Part shown: positions 24,701 to 39,829 of the stretch, one piece after another
Layout of the letters: the number at the start of each line of letters is the position of its first letter
How positions within the stretch are numbered: position 1 is the stretch's first letter
Source: Macrostomum hystrix
Lineage: Eukaryota > Animalia > Platyhelminthes
Assembly (NCBI GenBank): GCA_950097015.1
Contig: CATNEN010000001.1
Span: forward strand, 9,300,001 to 9,364,000
DNA length: 64,000 nucleotides
Direction of reading: 5' to 3'
Position numbers and translations under genes: made by a program
The notes under the pieces: generated by a model
The model's input: the letters and a program-made list of their open reading frames with translations, nothing else
Database searches by the model: none
Told to the model about the DNA's origin: nothing

Positions 24701-27700
24701 AGATTTATCGAAGATGAATGTACTTAAGAGATAGAGATTTATCTACCATGAATGTACACGAGGGATAGAGATTTATTGACCATGGATGTACATAACAGGT
24801 AGAGAATTCTTTACCTTGAATGTACTTTAGAGGGGTAGAGATTTATCGACGATGAATGTACACGAGGGGTAGAGATTTATCGACGATGAATGTACACAAA
24901 GGGTACAGAATTTTCGAAAACGAATGTACATAATGTGGAGAGATTTATTGACCATGCGTATAGAGGTACAAATTACAAGTTACACAAGAGGTAGAGAATT
25001 ATCAACATTGAATGAACTTTAGAGGGGCATATTTTAATGCACATAAGATCAAAGTTAATAAATGACGCCTAGCACATTGTAGACGAAAATTTTAAATTAT
25101 TATATTTTTTCTGTAAAAATGCATATGTCCTCACCTTGTAGTCATCCGGGCTCTGCAGCAGCATAGCCGTATAATTATCGTCGGCAAAAATGTGCTGAAA
25201 TTGTGGCCTATAGTTGTCTTGCAGGACGCGGAAATATTTCACCTGCATCTCTTTGATTAGATCGGCTACTAGAGCCACCTTGTAGCCGTAGGATCTCATA
25301 GCGATCAGCAGCAGTTGGATGTACTTTTTAAAGTCTAGCAGAGCCTCAGTGTTCTCCAATTTGTCGGCTAATCTAGCGTGCACTAGTCTAGTTAGAATTT
25401 CTAGAGCATTCTGCCAGAGCTCGTTGAGAAACTCTCTAGTAACCATCTCCGGCATTGAATGATGCAGGTTATCTTCGACAACAAAGAATCCAACAAATTG
25501 AGCAAAGAATTCTGCATAGTTCACTCGACTACCGCCTAGCGGTGACATCTGCAGCATAGAGGTGCACTGATAGCTGCGCTGGTTGCGATAATACTGTTGA
25601 AATCTAGCCTTCTCGCCTAGGACAGTGTGAATGTTTAAGCAGCGATAGACCGGAGAGAAATCTAATAGATCATCAATGCTGCTGCTGTCATCTTCGGGAT
25701 TGGCTGCCGAGGCTGGCGAACCTGACGACGAAGATTCAATAACAGTGCCGACTGGCTGCATTGAGAAGGCCAAACCGGCCTGTTGAGCTACCAGACGCAG
25801 GGCGATGGCTCCAACTAATCTACTGCGATCACCCCGCACTCCAACTAGATAATCTTTGAGCTCATTCTCGCTAGCCTCTCTGATTTGTTCGCGCAGGCGC
25901 GGCAATTCTCGGCGAATAGCTTCAGTGAAGGCGTAGGGCGGCAGCAGCGGCAGTAGACTATGCTCCAAGCGTTCCAATGTTTTCAAAGCATGATAAGGCT
26001 GACGGCGCTGCATCTGAGCTCGCAGTCGACTGTAGGCGTCCAGAACTGGAAGGCAGAGCTGCAGACTCTCCCTAAATGATATTTTGGCAATTAAGTTTCT
26101 TCAGCTTAGGAGATATGGTAAAAATAGTAATTATAATAATGGAGTGCTGCGGACAATGGCTCATCATTTGGTGACACTGGACCCGCAGCCAGCGGGGAGG
26201 CAATTCTGCCCATTTCGCTGACTCCTGAGCACACACGCACAGATACTGTACGCAGGCATACGCTCACACAGGTGTGTACATCTGACTTGACTTTCTCATC
26301 GTCAGGCAGTGTACAGTCCCACTGTGCCTTGGAGGTTGGCCCTCAAGGGCGTAAATTTCGCGACAAGTCCCCAAGCCTTCTCTCCGCGGCTGCGGAATCG
26401 AACTCAGTGACCTTGGTGCGAGAGGCAAACGCGATAACCGCTCTGCCACTCACCCCATTTAACAGTACAACATAACTATATCTTTGTTTTCTTTGTTCTT
26501 GACAACTGATGTGGATAATTAGCAAGATGAGGGGAAAATGGACCACTCTTTGTGGGTCAACTTTTCTAGAGGGGGATATTGTGCATCCCGAGGGATCTTC
26601 AATCATGAAAGGAGGAAAAATTTTCTCAGTGCGGGGGGATAATATCTCAACTTATTGGGATAAGTAACCAACTGGAGTGGGATAATTTTACACATGGGAG
26701 GATAATTATATTTTAACTTTAAAAACATTTATTTGAAACTGAAGAAAATTCGTCTGCTTCGAAATAATTTAGCAGATTTATAAGCCCTGAATACAAAGGT
26801 ACAAAAGTTTCATAGACCAACAAAACCACCAAACCTAGCTGTATCCAGATTGTGCATAGTCTGTCCGGATTGCATCAGGTCTACGCATAGGGTATTAAGG
26901 CGAGCGCAGACTTCGTTGACCCGACTAGCCACGTCGGCTACGCGATGTTGCAACTGAGAAGCCTCTGCTTTTACCTGCAATTTAGGAGAGTTATTAACAT
27001 CCTTTTAAGTTTCCTAAGGAATCTAGAAGGCTAGTTAATCACACCTGAGGATCTAGAAGGCTAGTTAATCACACCTGAGGATCTAGAAGGCTAGTTAATC
27101 ACACCTGAGGATCTAGAAGGTTAGTTAATCACACCTGAGGATCTAGAAGGCTAGTTAATCACACCTGAGGATCTAGAAGGCTAGTTAATCACACCTGAGG
27201 ATCTTGAAGGCTAGTTAATCACACCTGAAGATCTAGAAGGCTAGTTAATCACACCTGAGGATCTAGAAGGCTAGTTAATCACACCTGAGGATCTAGAAGG
27301 CTAGTTAATACACCTGAGGATCTAGAAGGCTAGTTAATCACACCTGAGGATCTAGAAGGCTAGTTAATGACACCTGAGGATCTAGAAGGCTAGTTAATGA
27401 CACCTGAGGATCTAGAAGGCTAGTTAATCACACCTGAGGATCTAGAAGGCTAGTTAATCACACCTGAGGATCTAGAAGGCTAGTTAATACACCTGAAGAT
27501 CTAGAAGGCTAGTTAATCACACCTGAGGATCTAGAAGGCTAGTTAATACACCTGAGGATCTAGAAGGCTAGTTAATCACACCTGAGGATCTAGAAGGCTA
27601 GTTAATCACACCTGAGGATCTAGAAGGCTAGTTAATACACCTGAGGATCTAGAAGGCTAGTTAATCACACCTGAGGATCTAGAAGGCTAGTTAATCACAC

Positions 27701-29591
27701 CTGAGGATCTAGAAGGCTAGTTAATGACACCTGAGGATCTAGAAGGCTAGTTAATCACACCTGAGGATCTAGAAGGCTAGTTAATCACACCTGAGGATCT
27801 AGAAGGTTAGTTAATCACACCTGAGGATCTAGAAGGCTAGTTAATCACACCTGAGGATCTAGAAGGCTAGTTAATGACACCTGAGGATCTAGAAGGCTAG
27901 TTAATCACACCTGAGGATCTAGAAGGCTAGTTAATACACCTGAGGATCTAGAAGGCTAGTTAATCACACCTGAGGATCTAGAAGGCTAGTTAATCACACC
28001 TGAGGATCTAGAAGGCTAGTTAATGACACCTGAGGATCTAGAAGGCTAGTTAATCACACCTGAGGATCTAGAAGGCTAGTTAATACACCTGAGGATCTAG
28101 AAGGCTAGTTAATCACACCTGAGGATCTAGAAGGCTAGTTAATCACACCTGAGGATCTAGAAGGCTAGTTAATCACACCTGAGGATCTAGAAGGCTAGTT
28201 AATCACACCTGAGGATCAAGAAGGCTGGTTAATCACACCTGAGGATCTAGAAGGCTAGTTAATCACACCTGAGGATCTAGAAGGCTAGTTAATGACACCT
28301 GAGGATCTAGAAGGCTAGTTAATCACACCTGAGGATCTAGAAGGCTAGTTAATACACCTGAGGATCTAGAAGGCTAGTTAATCACACCTGAGGATCTAGA
28401 AGGCTAGTTAATCACACCTGAGGATCTAGAAGGCTAGTTAATACACCTGAGGATCTAGAAGGCTAGTTAATCACACCTGAGGATCTAGAAGGCTAGTTAA
28501 TCACACCTGAGGATCTAGAAGGCTAGTTAATGACACCTGAGGATCTAGAAGGCTAGTTAATCACACCTGAGGATCTAGAAGGTTAGTTAATCACACCTGA
28601 GGATCTAGAAGGCTAGTTAATCACACCTGAGGATCTAGAAGGCTAGTTAATGACACCTGAGGATCTAGAAGGCTAGTTAATCACACCTGAGGATCTAGAA
28701 GGCTAGTTAATACACCTGAGGATCTAGAAGGCTAGTTAATCACACCTGAGGATCTAGAAGGCTAGTTAATCACACCTGAGGATCTAGAAGGCTAGTTAAT
28801 GACACCTGAGGATCTAGAAGGCTAGTTAATCACACCTGAGGATCTAGAAGGTTAGTTAATCACACCTGAGGATCTAGAAGGCTAGTTAATCACACCTGAG
28901 GATCTAGAAGGCTAGTTAATCACACCTGAGGATCTAGAAGGCTAGTTAATCACACCTGAGGATCTAGAAGGCTAGTTAATCACACCTGAGGATCAAGAAG
29001 GCTGGTTAATCACACCTGAGGATCTAGAAGGCTAGTTAATCACCTGAGGATCTAGAAGGTTAGTTAATCACACCTGAGGATCTAGAAGGCTAGTTAATAC
29101 ACCTGAGGATCTAGAAGGCTAGTTAATCACACCTGAGGATCTAGAAGGCTAGTTAATCACACCTGAGGATCTAGAAGGCTAGTTAATACACCTGAGGATC
29201 TAGAAGGCTAGTTAATCACACCTGAGGATCTAGAAGGTTAGTTAATCAAACCAGATTATGTTCGTATCGTCACCTGCAACAACTGGCCGATGCTTTCAAC
29301 GAATCCCTCATAGTGCAGGCTGCACAGAGATTCAATATGCTGATTGTGCTCTTGGACACGCGCGCGCAATTGTTCAGCAAACTCGTTCAACTTGTTCAAA
29401 CTTTCAAGCTGTAGAACTACATTGGCCGAGTTTGCTCCTGCAGAAGTACTAGACTCTACCTCTTTCACTAATAGGCTTAGCCGGGAGGTCTGCTGCTGCA
29501 ACTGCTGCTGCTGTTGCAGCAAAGCGGCCGACGATGCAGCGGCATCAATGGCGCTGTTTGATGATCCAGATGATGTTGCTAGTGCAGACAT
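21748..29591 (-). CDS. EXOC6: Exocyst complex component 6 (Sec15), 6 coding exons
   Basis: Exons 29591-29274, 26974-26835, 26071-25135, 24534-24085, 23259-23074, 22197-21748. Motifs: IESLCSLHYEGFVESI, LCLPVL, ALKTLERLEH, DFSPVYRCLNIHTVLG, GFFVVED, LAEYDW, AQTACLISCKH, FEELSQLLRL..DW..Y.RV. Confidence 0.95.
22370..23035. repeat. 30-bp minisatellite (CCTAAATCCCATCTCACCTACTAGAATAGT), EXOC6 intron 5
   Basis: About 22 near-perfect copies. Confidence 0.96.
23275..23430 (+). mobile_element. tRNA-derived SINE family A with a CORE-like central domain
   Basis: A box (AGTGGTTAGAGCG) and B box (GGTTCGATTCC), then GTCCTTTGGCAAGGCACTT..CCCAGCTGTTAAATGGGTACC, which resembles the MIR/CORE-SINE domain. Confidence 0.75.
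23430..24012. repeat. 29-bp minisatellite (AAAGAGTAGCAGTTGGTCACGTGACCTTT), EXOC6 intron 4
   Basis: About 20 copies, each with the TCACGTGA E-box palindrome. Confidence 0.96.
24575..25030. repeat. Degenerate ~35-70-bp repeat (GTAGAGATTTATCGAC..ATGTACAC), EXOC6 intron 3
   Basis: Recurrent GTAGAGATTTAT and GAATGTAC motifs. Confidence 0.75.
26140..26456 (-). mobile_element. SINE family B, near full-length copy (~315 bp), EXOC6 intron 2
   Basis: Minus strand begins GGGGTGAGTGGCAGAGCGGTT (A box) and GAGTTCGATTCC (B box), and ends in an ATT-rich tail. Confidence 0.85.
27020..29248. repeat. 30-bp minisatellite (CTAGTTAATCACACCTGAGGATCTAGAAGG), EXOC6 intron 1
   Basis: About 74 near-identical copies filling almost the whole intron. 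Confidence 0.97.
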
Positions 29592-29677
29592 TGTCAGAGA
29601 CAAAACATTAATCAATCAATCAAGAAATCAGGTATTTTAATCAATATTAAGACAGTGATGCAATCGACAGAATCAAT

Positions 29678-32600
29678 TCACTGCTTCAGATTGCCAGCAA
29701 TGCTTTGTACGCGCTGTTCGGCACTTCTCAACTGCCCGATCAGGCGATCGAGAGCAGCGGCGTCTAATCTCAGTGTGACCAATTTCTGCAAATTAGGTTT
29801 TGTTTGTAAAATTATATAACCATTATCATACTCTGGACTCAAGTTTTTCTTGAAGCAAATAACCAAATAAGCAAATACATTTGGAGCAAGCTGTATTTAA
29901 TATATTAAATATGCTGATCAATGATTCATTATTACAAAACATAATTGAATTCTGGGATATAGTGTTACCTTAGCCTTAATGTATTGATTACTGAAATATT
30001 CGAAATCTAACAACTACTGCTTTTAATTTGTTGCATACCACACTTTGCCAAATAACTAGAAATTGGCATTTAAATGGCTAAAATTAATATCAGTTGAGTT
30101 AGCATATGCTAGAAACTTTCATTTCTGATTTCTATATGATCTAGTTGCCATGTATTTAGTTTTTTTCCTAACTCAAAAGGTACTAAAGGTTATGCAAGGT
30201 TGCAAGGTGTGATGCAAGGGAACAAAAAGTCCTACTTGTCAAATGTCAGCAAGCTAAAGTATCTTGCAGATAATCACCCTGATCAATGCTTACAATAGAG
30301 ATAAGAAGCAAATGATTTTAAAAAGAGGCTAATATGAAACTATAGGTTACAGGGAAATAGGGGAAGTTTGTTTGATAATGGATATAGAAAGGCTATAGCT
30401 ACAATAAATTATTTGAGGTCTAGTCATGCTAGGGAGGGGCCTTGTCACTATAAATATAATTCAGCAATATGTTATCACAATATATTAAAATGTATACTAG
30501 CTAGGTAGATTTGTTATTGTTTTCATTTTGAAAATTAACAAAAATTCTAGTCCCCTGGATTAATCAATATACCAACTTGTATACCAGAAAATTCTAGCAT
30601 ACACACACCCATTATCTACAATATGGACCCTAGCCTAAAAAGATTCAGAATTTAGTTTAAAAAACAAGGCAAACTAGAGTTCCTGTAACGATATAGTTTT
30701 TTTTACTTTTTTTTCAAATAAAGATTAGTATTTTTTAACTGCATAAAACTTTTCTGACTTGGAAAAACCAAACAGAAAACCAAGCTCAAATGCATATAAA
30801 TTACAAGTTAGCATTACAAGAATTGACTCTAAAATTGATATAATTTTTTACTAAATACACATAAAACCAATACTGGAGCATTTCTCATCAATTTCCTAAT
30901 GTTGAAAACTTTAATTCTGACTGATTTTCAGACCACATTGCTAGCTAAGAAAAAGGCAGTAAAATCATTTTATTAAATAATCTTTGATTGCACATGACAG
31001 CATAGCTGCAGCTAATGCACAGTGCATCTGAAGGCTGCATACAGCTGTTCAGTCCATGGACTGGAGGGATGCCATACCCACCTTCAATTATCCCAGCTGA
31101 TGCTGGTACCTATTTGTGTCTAGCAAGTGTCTTGCTAAAGGACACAAATTGTTACTGTGGAGTTAGGAATCAAACCCCTGACCTTCAAGTCATGACTCCA
31201 ACAGCCTAACCACTAGGCTACAATGGTCCCAGGTCATTTCGGTGATAAGACATTTCGGTGACAGTCATTTCGGTGACAGAATTGGTCAGTTTGGTGACAA
31301 CTATTTTTGCACCTAAATATGCTGAGAAAACAGCCTTCCACAATCCAGCAGCTGCTTAAAGCCTACACTCGCCTTGTCAATCCAAAACTCGAAAAATGAT
31401 CATTATAGGCCCTACACATTTAATTAGGAACGAATAACTATTGAAACTATTGACTACTCATTAAATAATTTAATAATTTAACTCATTTAAAGTAAAACCC
31501 AGACTTAAACAGAGCAATGCAGCTTCTTATTAATACTTTTAGCATTATTTAGTTAATATTTTATAGGCAGTTGTTATTCGTCCGGTTAACCGAGGTTGTA
31601 GGGGTTGTATAGCGCTACCACGAGAACCTTTATCATTTGTAAGATAAAATAATTAACAAGCTGCAAAAGGACAGTCATTCAGATTTGAAGTTTGTGTCTC
31701 AAATTATTTTCGTTTATCAACTAATTAAAAAAAATTAAAACCTTTTCCAGAAATTTGGTTGTTTCAGGGACTAACTTAGTTCAAGGGTATAGTTTGGTCT
31801 TTGTGAGGTCAAAGACTCAAGATGGCTATTAGCAGGGCAAGAGTGGTCTTTGGGAGGATTGTTGCTCCTGCTCATTGAAAGGGGAGAAATTAAGTCCTTG
31901 GGTGGTTAACCAGTTAACCGGACGAATAATCAAATGGCTATTTGTCCGGTTAACTGGACAAATAACAACTAGGCTACCTATTTTATATGTGTGCATAGTT
32001 AAAATGGAAGGCAGTTTTTTAGCATATTTAGGTGCAAAAATAGTTGTCACCAATCTGACCAATTGTATCACCAAAATGACTGTCACCAAAATGTCTTGTC
32101 ACCAAAATGACATGGGACCGGCTACAACCTAAGCTACTGCCTTACTTAATAAGTCGTACAATCAGTCAGATAGTCAGAAATCAATGGGCAACACTTCAGG
32201 AAGATTTAAAGAATAAAATGTATTAAGAAAATTGTAAATTTAGTTTTGATTTTCTTGTTTTGCTTTTTATGTTTTTCTGATTTAAATATGTACACATTTA
32301 AACTTGCCTTTTAGTTCAATCTTTTCTGTGTTAGAAAATGTTTATGCAGTCAGTAGGCCATATTTTCAAAACATCCTATAGATCTTAGTGATAGTTTTCT
32401 ATGATGGAACTCATAGATTTGGCCACTAGCTAGGTAGTGTTACAGTGTGCTATGGGTCGGGTGGGTGGATAGTAAAATTAAATAGAGAAAACTCAAAATC
32501 AACATTTCAAAGACTTAAAATGTTGATTTTGAGTTTTCTCTATTTAATTTTTGTCAAGCGACATGGATGGTATAATAGTAAAATTATTTTTTATATTAAC

Positions 32601-32719
32601 AGACTGCTAATATTTACCTTGCTGTCAGGCTGCAGAGTGAGAAGTAGCGATGATGCCTCTTTTGAGGTAATGTCTGCTTTAAGAACGTTCCAGCGATACT
32701 TCGATGTGTTGTTTTCCAT
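29678..32719 (-). CDS. Small COMM-domain-only (COMMD-like) protein, 2 exons, 69 aa
   Basis: Exons 32719-32618 (MENNTSKYRWNVLKADITSKEASSLLLTLQPDSK, donor GTAAAT) and 29785-29678 (acceptor TTTGCAG; KLVTLRLDAAALDRLIGQLRSAEQRVQSIAGNLKQ*), phase 0. The W-x-V..LLLxL..VxLxL..LxxLIxxL pattern fits a COMM domain. Confidence 0.65.
31030..31224 (-). mobile_element. SINE family A copy, interrupted at its head by a MITE
   Basis: GCTGGTACC..GTGTCTTGCTAAAGGACAC..GGAATCAAACC..CTAACCACTAGGCTAC, the reverse of the tRNA head plus CORE-like part. Confidence 0.7.
31225..32119. mobile_element. Non-autonomous TIR DNA transposon (895 bp; Mutator/Merlin/hAT-like target duplication)
   Basis: ~115-bp imperfect TIRs (GGTCCC..CATTTCGGTGA.. 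/ ..TCACCAAAATG..GGGACC). Flanks are GGCTACAAT (31216-31224) and GGCTACAAC (32120-32128). Confidence 0.85.
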
Positions 32720-33242
32720 TCTTTAGAGAGAGAAAAGCATGAGCATTTTCTATTATAGAAGATGATTGATATATACTTTTATAAAAGTTTTATATTGAAG
32801 CTTTCTAGATAGTAGAATTTATAAATTTCTTTAGTTGTACTAAGCGAACTGTATGATATTCTTGGACTGTGTCAGCTTTCCTTGATAGGGAAGACAACAA
32901 GTAAATGCTGATTTTTCTAAGAAAAAACTTGTGACTTTATTTTACAAAATTTAACAAAAGTTTTGTTAAAATTAATTCCATATTTTTATTTACATGTCAA
33001 TTAGTTACAGTATTATAGTATATATTGCAAGAAACTATTTAAACTGCTTACTTTGTTCCTACTTGTTCTGTATTTTGTTTTCACTTACTACGATTTGCAT
33101 TCCAAAGAAATAAAATGAGATGAAATTCCTTTAGCTGATTACAACTCTAATCGCCATTAAATAAATATTATATTTAACATACGTTTTTATACAGTTACTA
33201 TTTAGAACATTTTTCCTCTGCTTTGAGCTAAACACTCACCGA
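32720..33242. promoter_or_regulatory. Putative bidirectional promoter between the COMMD-like gene and TEX9
   Basis: 523-bp AT-rich gap between divergent ATGs (32719 on minus, 33243 on plus). Confidence 0.55.
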
Positions 33243-35932
<2,690 letters not shown>

Positions 35933-36519
35933 TCTTGGGATTGGCTCAAGTTTTTGTACAGTTTTTATTATTTGTCTAAATAGGACCGTCCTCTGCTACT
36001 CACGGAATGTCTATGGTCCAAGCTCTTAACTATAACATTTATATACGAGCTAGAATTGATAAATTCAATTTTACTTTTTTGAATATTAACTTTAGCCTTC
36101 AGTTGTACATCAAAGTGTACCATCCTTAACTTTAGTTATTTGCCTCTTGTTTTTCTCAAAATATTGCTTTAATTCGCCGCAGTAGTCATTGCGGCACATT
36201 GCGAAATATATTGTATGAAATTTCTGCTTACGTGCCATAACTTTAAGCACTTTGAGTCAATGCCTTCATATCCTGTCACCGTCATCCTATTTTTAATAGA
36301 CAGCTTTTGTCTGCTTGAAGTTCTGATAAATCTAAAAAAAATAACACGGAGCCAGAATTTTTTAGTGAATCAGGACGGTAGATTTTCTGAGAGGAAACAT
36401 TTTATTCTATTAATTAGTCATTCACGCAATTCGTCATGCCGTAACACTCGTGTTCACTTAATCACTAAAAATAATTGCTTAATTTATAATTGGTTAAACC
36501 TACCCCATTTTGGGCCAGA

Positions 36520-36650
36520 TGTGCAGCCGACAGCACAGTCGCAACAACACCCACCCTCAATTACCCCAGATAATGCTGGTACCCATTTAACAGCTGGGTA
36601 AACTGAAGAAATGCAGAGTTAAAGTGTCTTGTCTTGCTAAAGGACACAGT
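36520..36650 (-). mobile_element. SINE family A fragment (CORE-like part)
   Basis: GCTGGTACCCATTTAACAGCTGGG..TGCAGAGTTAAAGTGTC..CTAAAGGACAC, the reverse of 23360-23425. Confidence 0.75.
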
Positions 36651-37009
36651 TTTGCAGCAGAAACTTTCACATGCTTTTTGACATGTGATGCTTAATGTTA
36701 GTTTGGAGGATAAAACTGGTTGATTTCCGTTCCATTTCGCTTTCAACTCACAGCTAACGTTAAGCCACACAAGTAAACACTGGCTGCAAACCCGGTCAGT
36801 TTAGTAGCCAAGTCAAATAAAAATATGATTTACCAACCATCAATCAAACAGTTTTTAGGGAGCGAAAAAAACAGCAGTCTATCACGTTTCAAAGAAAAAA
36901 CTATTTTAAGCAACAATGCTTTCTCACAAAATCACAGATTTTGGCGTGAGACGTCAGAGCGTGAGATCATCCAGGTTTAAAAAAAATCAGTTTTTAGCTA
37001 CTTTTTATC

Positions 37010-39829
37010 ATGAGAAACGAAATCAAGTACATTCTATTCACCATGTTGATGCTTACTACGTCACATCTGTGCGATGGAAGAAGTAAGTAAACTTGAGTAT
37101 GAAGCAGTGAGTATAAATATTTTACACGTAATAATGTTCTTGAAATCCTTCAGGTCCCTGTCTGGCGACTAGATATGTCAGGCACGATGGCCCTGCCATC
37201 AAACTGGACCCCACAGTCAGCAGTGATGTCATCAATGTTAGCAACTTAGTCAACTTAGTTCCAAGTTGTCTAATGCAGTGCCGACTCCACAGGTGTGCTA
37301 TAATTGTTGCTATGGAGATGAGCTCCTCCTGTCAACTTGTGATCGTGAGAAACGCCTCAGTGACTCCGGGACCTCCAGAGAGTCACGTGAGGCGACTTGT
37401 TGGCGCTGAGGTCGGAGCAAAGGTTTGGAAGGCCGAGAGCCTGGATGAAATGCTCAAATTTCGAGCAATCAACATTGCGCAAGGGTTTAAAAGTACGCAG
37501 CTTTAAAATCAAGCTTTGTATATTAGATTGAGACAATGTAGGAGTAATTATTGATCCACTTTCCATTACATGAATTTGTAGACAGCTCCACAGGAAGGCG
37601 AGGAGCAATTCGCAATGCTTTGATCAGTGTGACCGGCTGCTACCGTATTGACGTGGCCGGTGCCAAAGGTGGCAACTATCAGGCCACAAACTGGAACATA
37701 ATAGGTGGATTTGGCGCGCTCATCGCTGGAAGGTTCAATCTGACAGCTGGCAGCGAGCTGACAGCTGTCGTCGGACAAGCGGGTAGCACTTCTACCCCTC
37801 TGAGCTTTAAATACAGAAGGGTCAAAGATTGCGGCGGCAGCGGCGGCGGTGGCGGTGGAGGCAGCTTTGTGTACCGCACTGCGGACAAGTATCTGCTGAT
37901 TGCAGCTGGCGGTGGAGGGGGCGCATCTTGTTTGACCACAGGTAAAAAAGATATTTTGCCTGAGAATAAAAGTTCTTCATTCCGTAATGCGTGACAGCAG
38001 TCAAACAGTCTGTAGTAGCTCTTAAGGTCTCTCTGATTGAAGCAGTCGGTGTGTCTGTAGTCTCTCTGATTGAAGCAGTCGGTGTGTCTGTAGTCTCTCT
38101 GATTGAAGCAGTCGGTGTGTCTGTAGTCTCTCTGGTTGGAGCAGTCGGTGTGTCTGTAGTCTCTCTGATTGAAGCAGTCGGTGTGTCTGTAGTCTCTCTG
38201 ATTGAAGCAGTCGGTGTGTCTGTAGTCTCTCTGATTGAAGCAGTCGGTGTGTCTGTAGTCTCTCTGATTGAAGCAGTCGGTGTGTCTGTAGTCTCTCTGA
38301 TTGGAGCAGTCGGTGTGTCTGTAGTCTCTCTGGTTGGAGCAGTCGGTGTGTCTGTAGTCTCTCTGATTGAAGCAGTCGGTGTGTCTGTAGTCTCTCTGAT
38401 TGAAGCAGTCGGTGTGTCTGTAGTCTCTCTGATTGGAGCAGTCGGTGTGGCTGTAGTCTCTCTGATTGAAGCAGTCGGTGTGTCTGTAGTCTCTCTGATT
38501 GAAGCAGTCGGTGTGTCTGTAGTCTCTCTGATTGAAGCAGTCGGTGTGTCTGTAGTCTCCCTGATTGAAGCAGTCGGTGTGTCTGTAGTCTCTCTGATTG
38601 GAGCAGTCGGTGTGTCTGTAGTCTCTCTGGTTGGAGCAGTCGGTGTGTCTGTAGTCTCTCTGATTGAAGCAGTCGGTGTGTCTGTAGTCTCTCTGATTGG
38701 AGCAGTCGGTGTGTCTGTAGTCTCTCTGATTGAAGCAGTCGGTGTGTCTGTAGTCTCTCTGATTGAAGCAGTCGGTGTGTCTGTAGTCTCTCTGATTGGA
38801 GCAGTCGGTGTGTCTGTAGTCTCTCTGGTTGGAGCAGTCGGTGTGTCTGTAGTCTCTCTGATTGAAGCAGTCGGTGTGTCTGTAGTCTCTCTGATTGAAG
38901 CAGTCGGTGTGTCTGTAGTCTCTCTGATTGGAGCAGTCGGTGTGTCTGTAGTCTCTCTGATTGAAGCAGTCGGTGTGTCTGTAGTCTCTCTGATTGGAGC
39001 AGTCGGTGTGTCTGTAGTCTCTCTGGTTGGAGCAGTCGGTGTGTCTGTAGTCTCTCTGATTGAAGCAGTCGGTGTGTCTGTAGTCTCTCTGATTGGAGCA
39101 GTCGGTGTGTCTGTAGTCTCTCTGGTTGGAGCAGTCGGTGTGTCTGTAGTCTCTCTGATTGGAGCAGTCGGTGTGTCTGTAGTCTCTATGGTTGGGTCAG
39201 TCGGTGTGTCTGTAGTCTCTATGGTTGGGTCAGTCGGTGTGTCTGTAGTCTCTATGGTTGGGTCAGTCGGTGTGTCTGCAGCCTCTCCGATTGAGAAGTG
39301 TATAATGTCTACTAGTAGATAAAGTCTCTAATAAAATACAGGTCTCAATGGCACAGCCGGCGTCAACGGTAGTAATTCAATCGGCGGCAATGAAATCACC
39401 AAAGGATTTGGCGGCATAAATGGTCAGCCTGGTAAAAACGAGGCGACCAATTATAACCAAAACGCTGGCGGCTGCGGTGCCGGATGGCTTGGGAGGGCTG
39501 TCAATGCGCCGGATAATTCTTACCATGGCGAACGTGGTGGTGGCTTGAGCGAGGAGTGGTTGGGCGGCAACGCCGGAAGAGAAAGCCTTGGCGACGGTGG
39601 CTTCGGTGGTGGCGGCGGCGGAGCTTCTGGTGGCACTGGCGGTGCTGGCGGAGGCTTCAGCGGCGGCGGCGCTGGAGCTGACAGCGATCACGCTGGAGGC
39701 GGCGGTGGGTCTTTCTGCAATGGCGTTGGTTGCTCTGGTCAAGCTGGCGGAAACTGGAACAGCGAGCACGGCAGAGTCACGCTGCGACTGCTGGCTCCAT
39801 TTGCTGATAACTGCCTAGACACGGCCTAG
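37010..39829 (+). CDS. Secreted PAN/apple-like + ALK/LTK glycine-rich-domain protein, copy 1
   Basis: Exons 37010-37082 (signal peptide MRNEIKYILFTMLMLTTSHLCDG), 37154-37492 (CLMQCRLHRC..CQL), 37582-37941 and 39342-39829, all introns phase 1. YRIDVAGAKGG, FNLTAG..VVGQAG, GGGGGSFVY, LLIAAGGGGG, GAGW, GGFGGGGGG, GGGFSGG, GGSF and HGRV follow the ALK/LTK GRD motif order. Confidence 0.85.
38025..39290. repeat. 33-bp minisatellite (GATTGAAGCAGTCGGTGTGTCTGTAGTCTCTCT), intron 3 of copy 1
   Basis: About 38 copies; source of the spurious 443-aa ORF. Confidence 0.96.

Noticed and set aside
37991-39322. 443-aa hydrophobic repeat ORF
   Set aside because: A 33-bp minisatellite inside intron 3 of GRD copy 1; the paralogues lack it.
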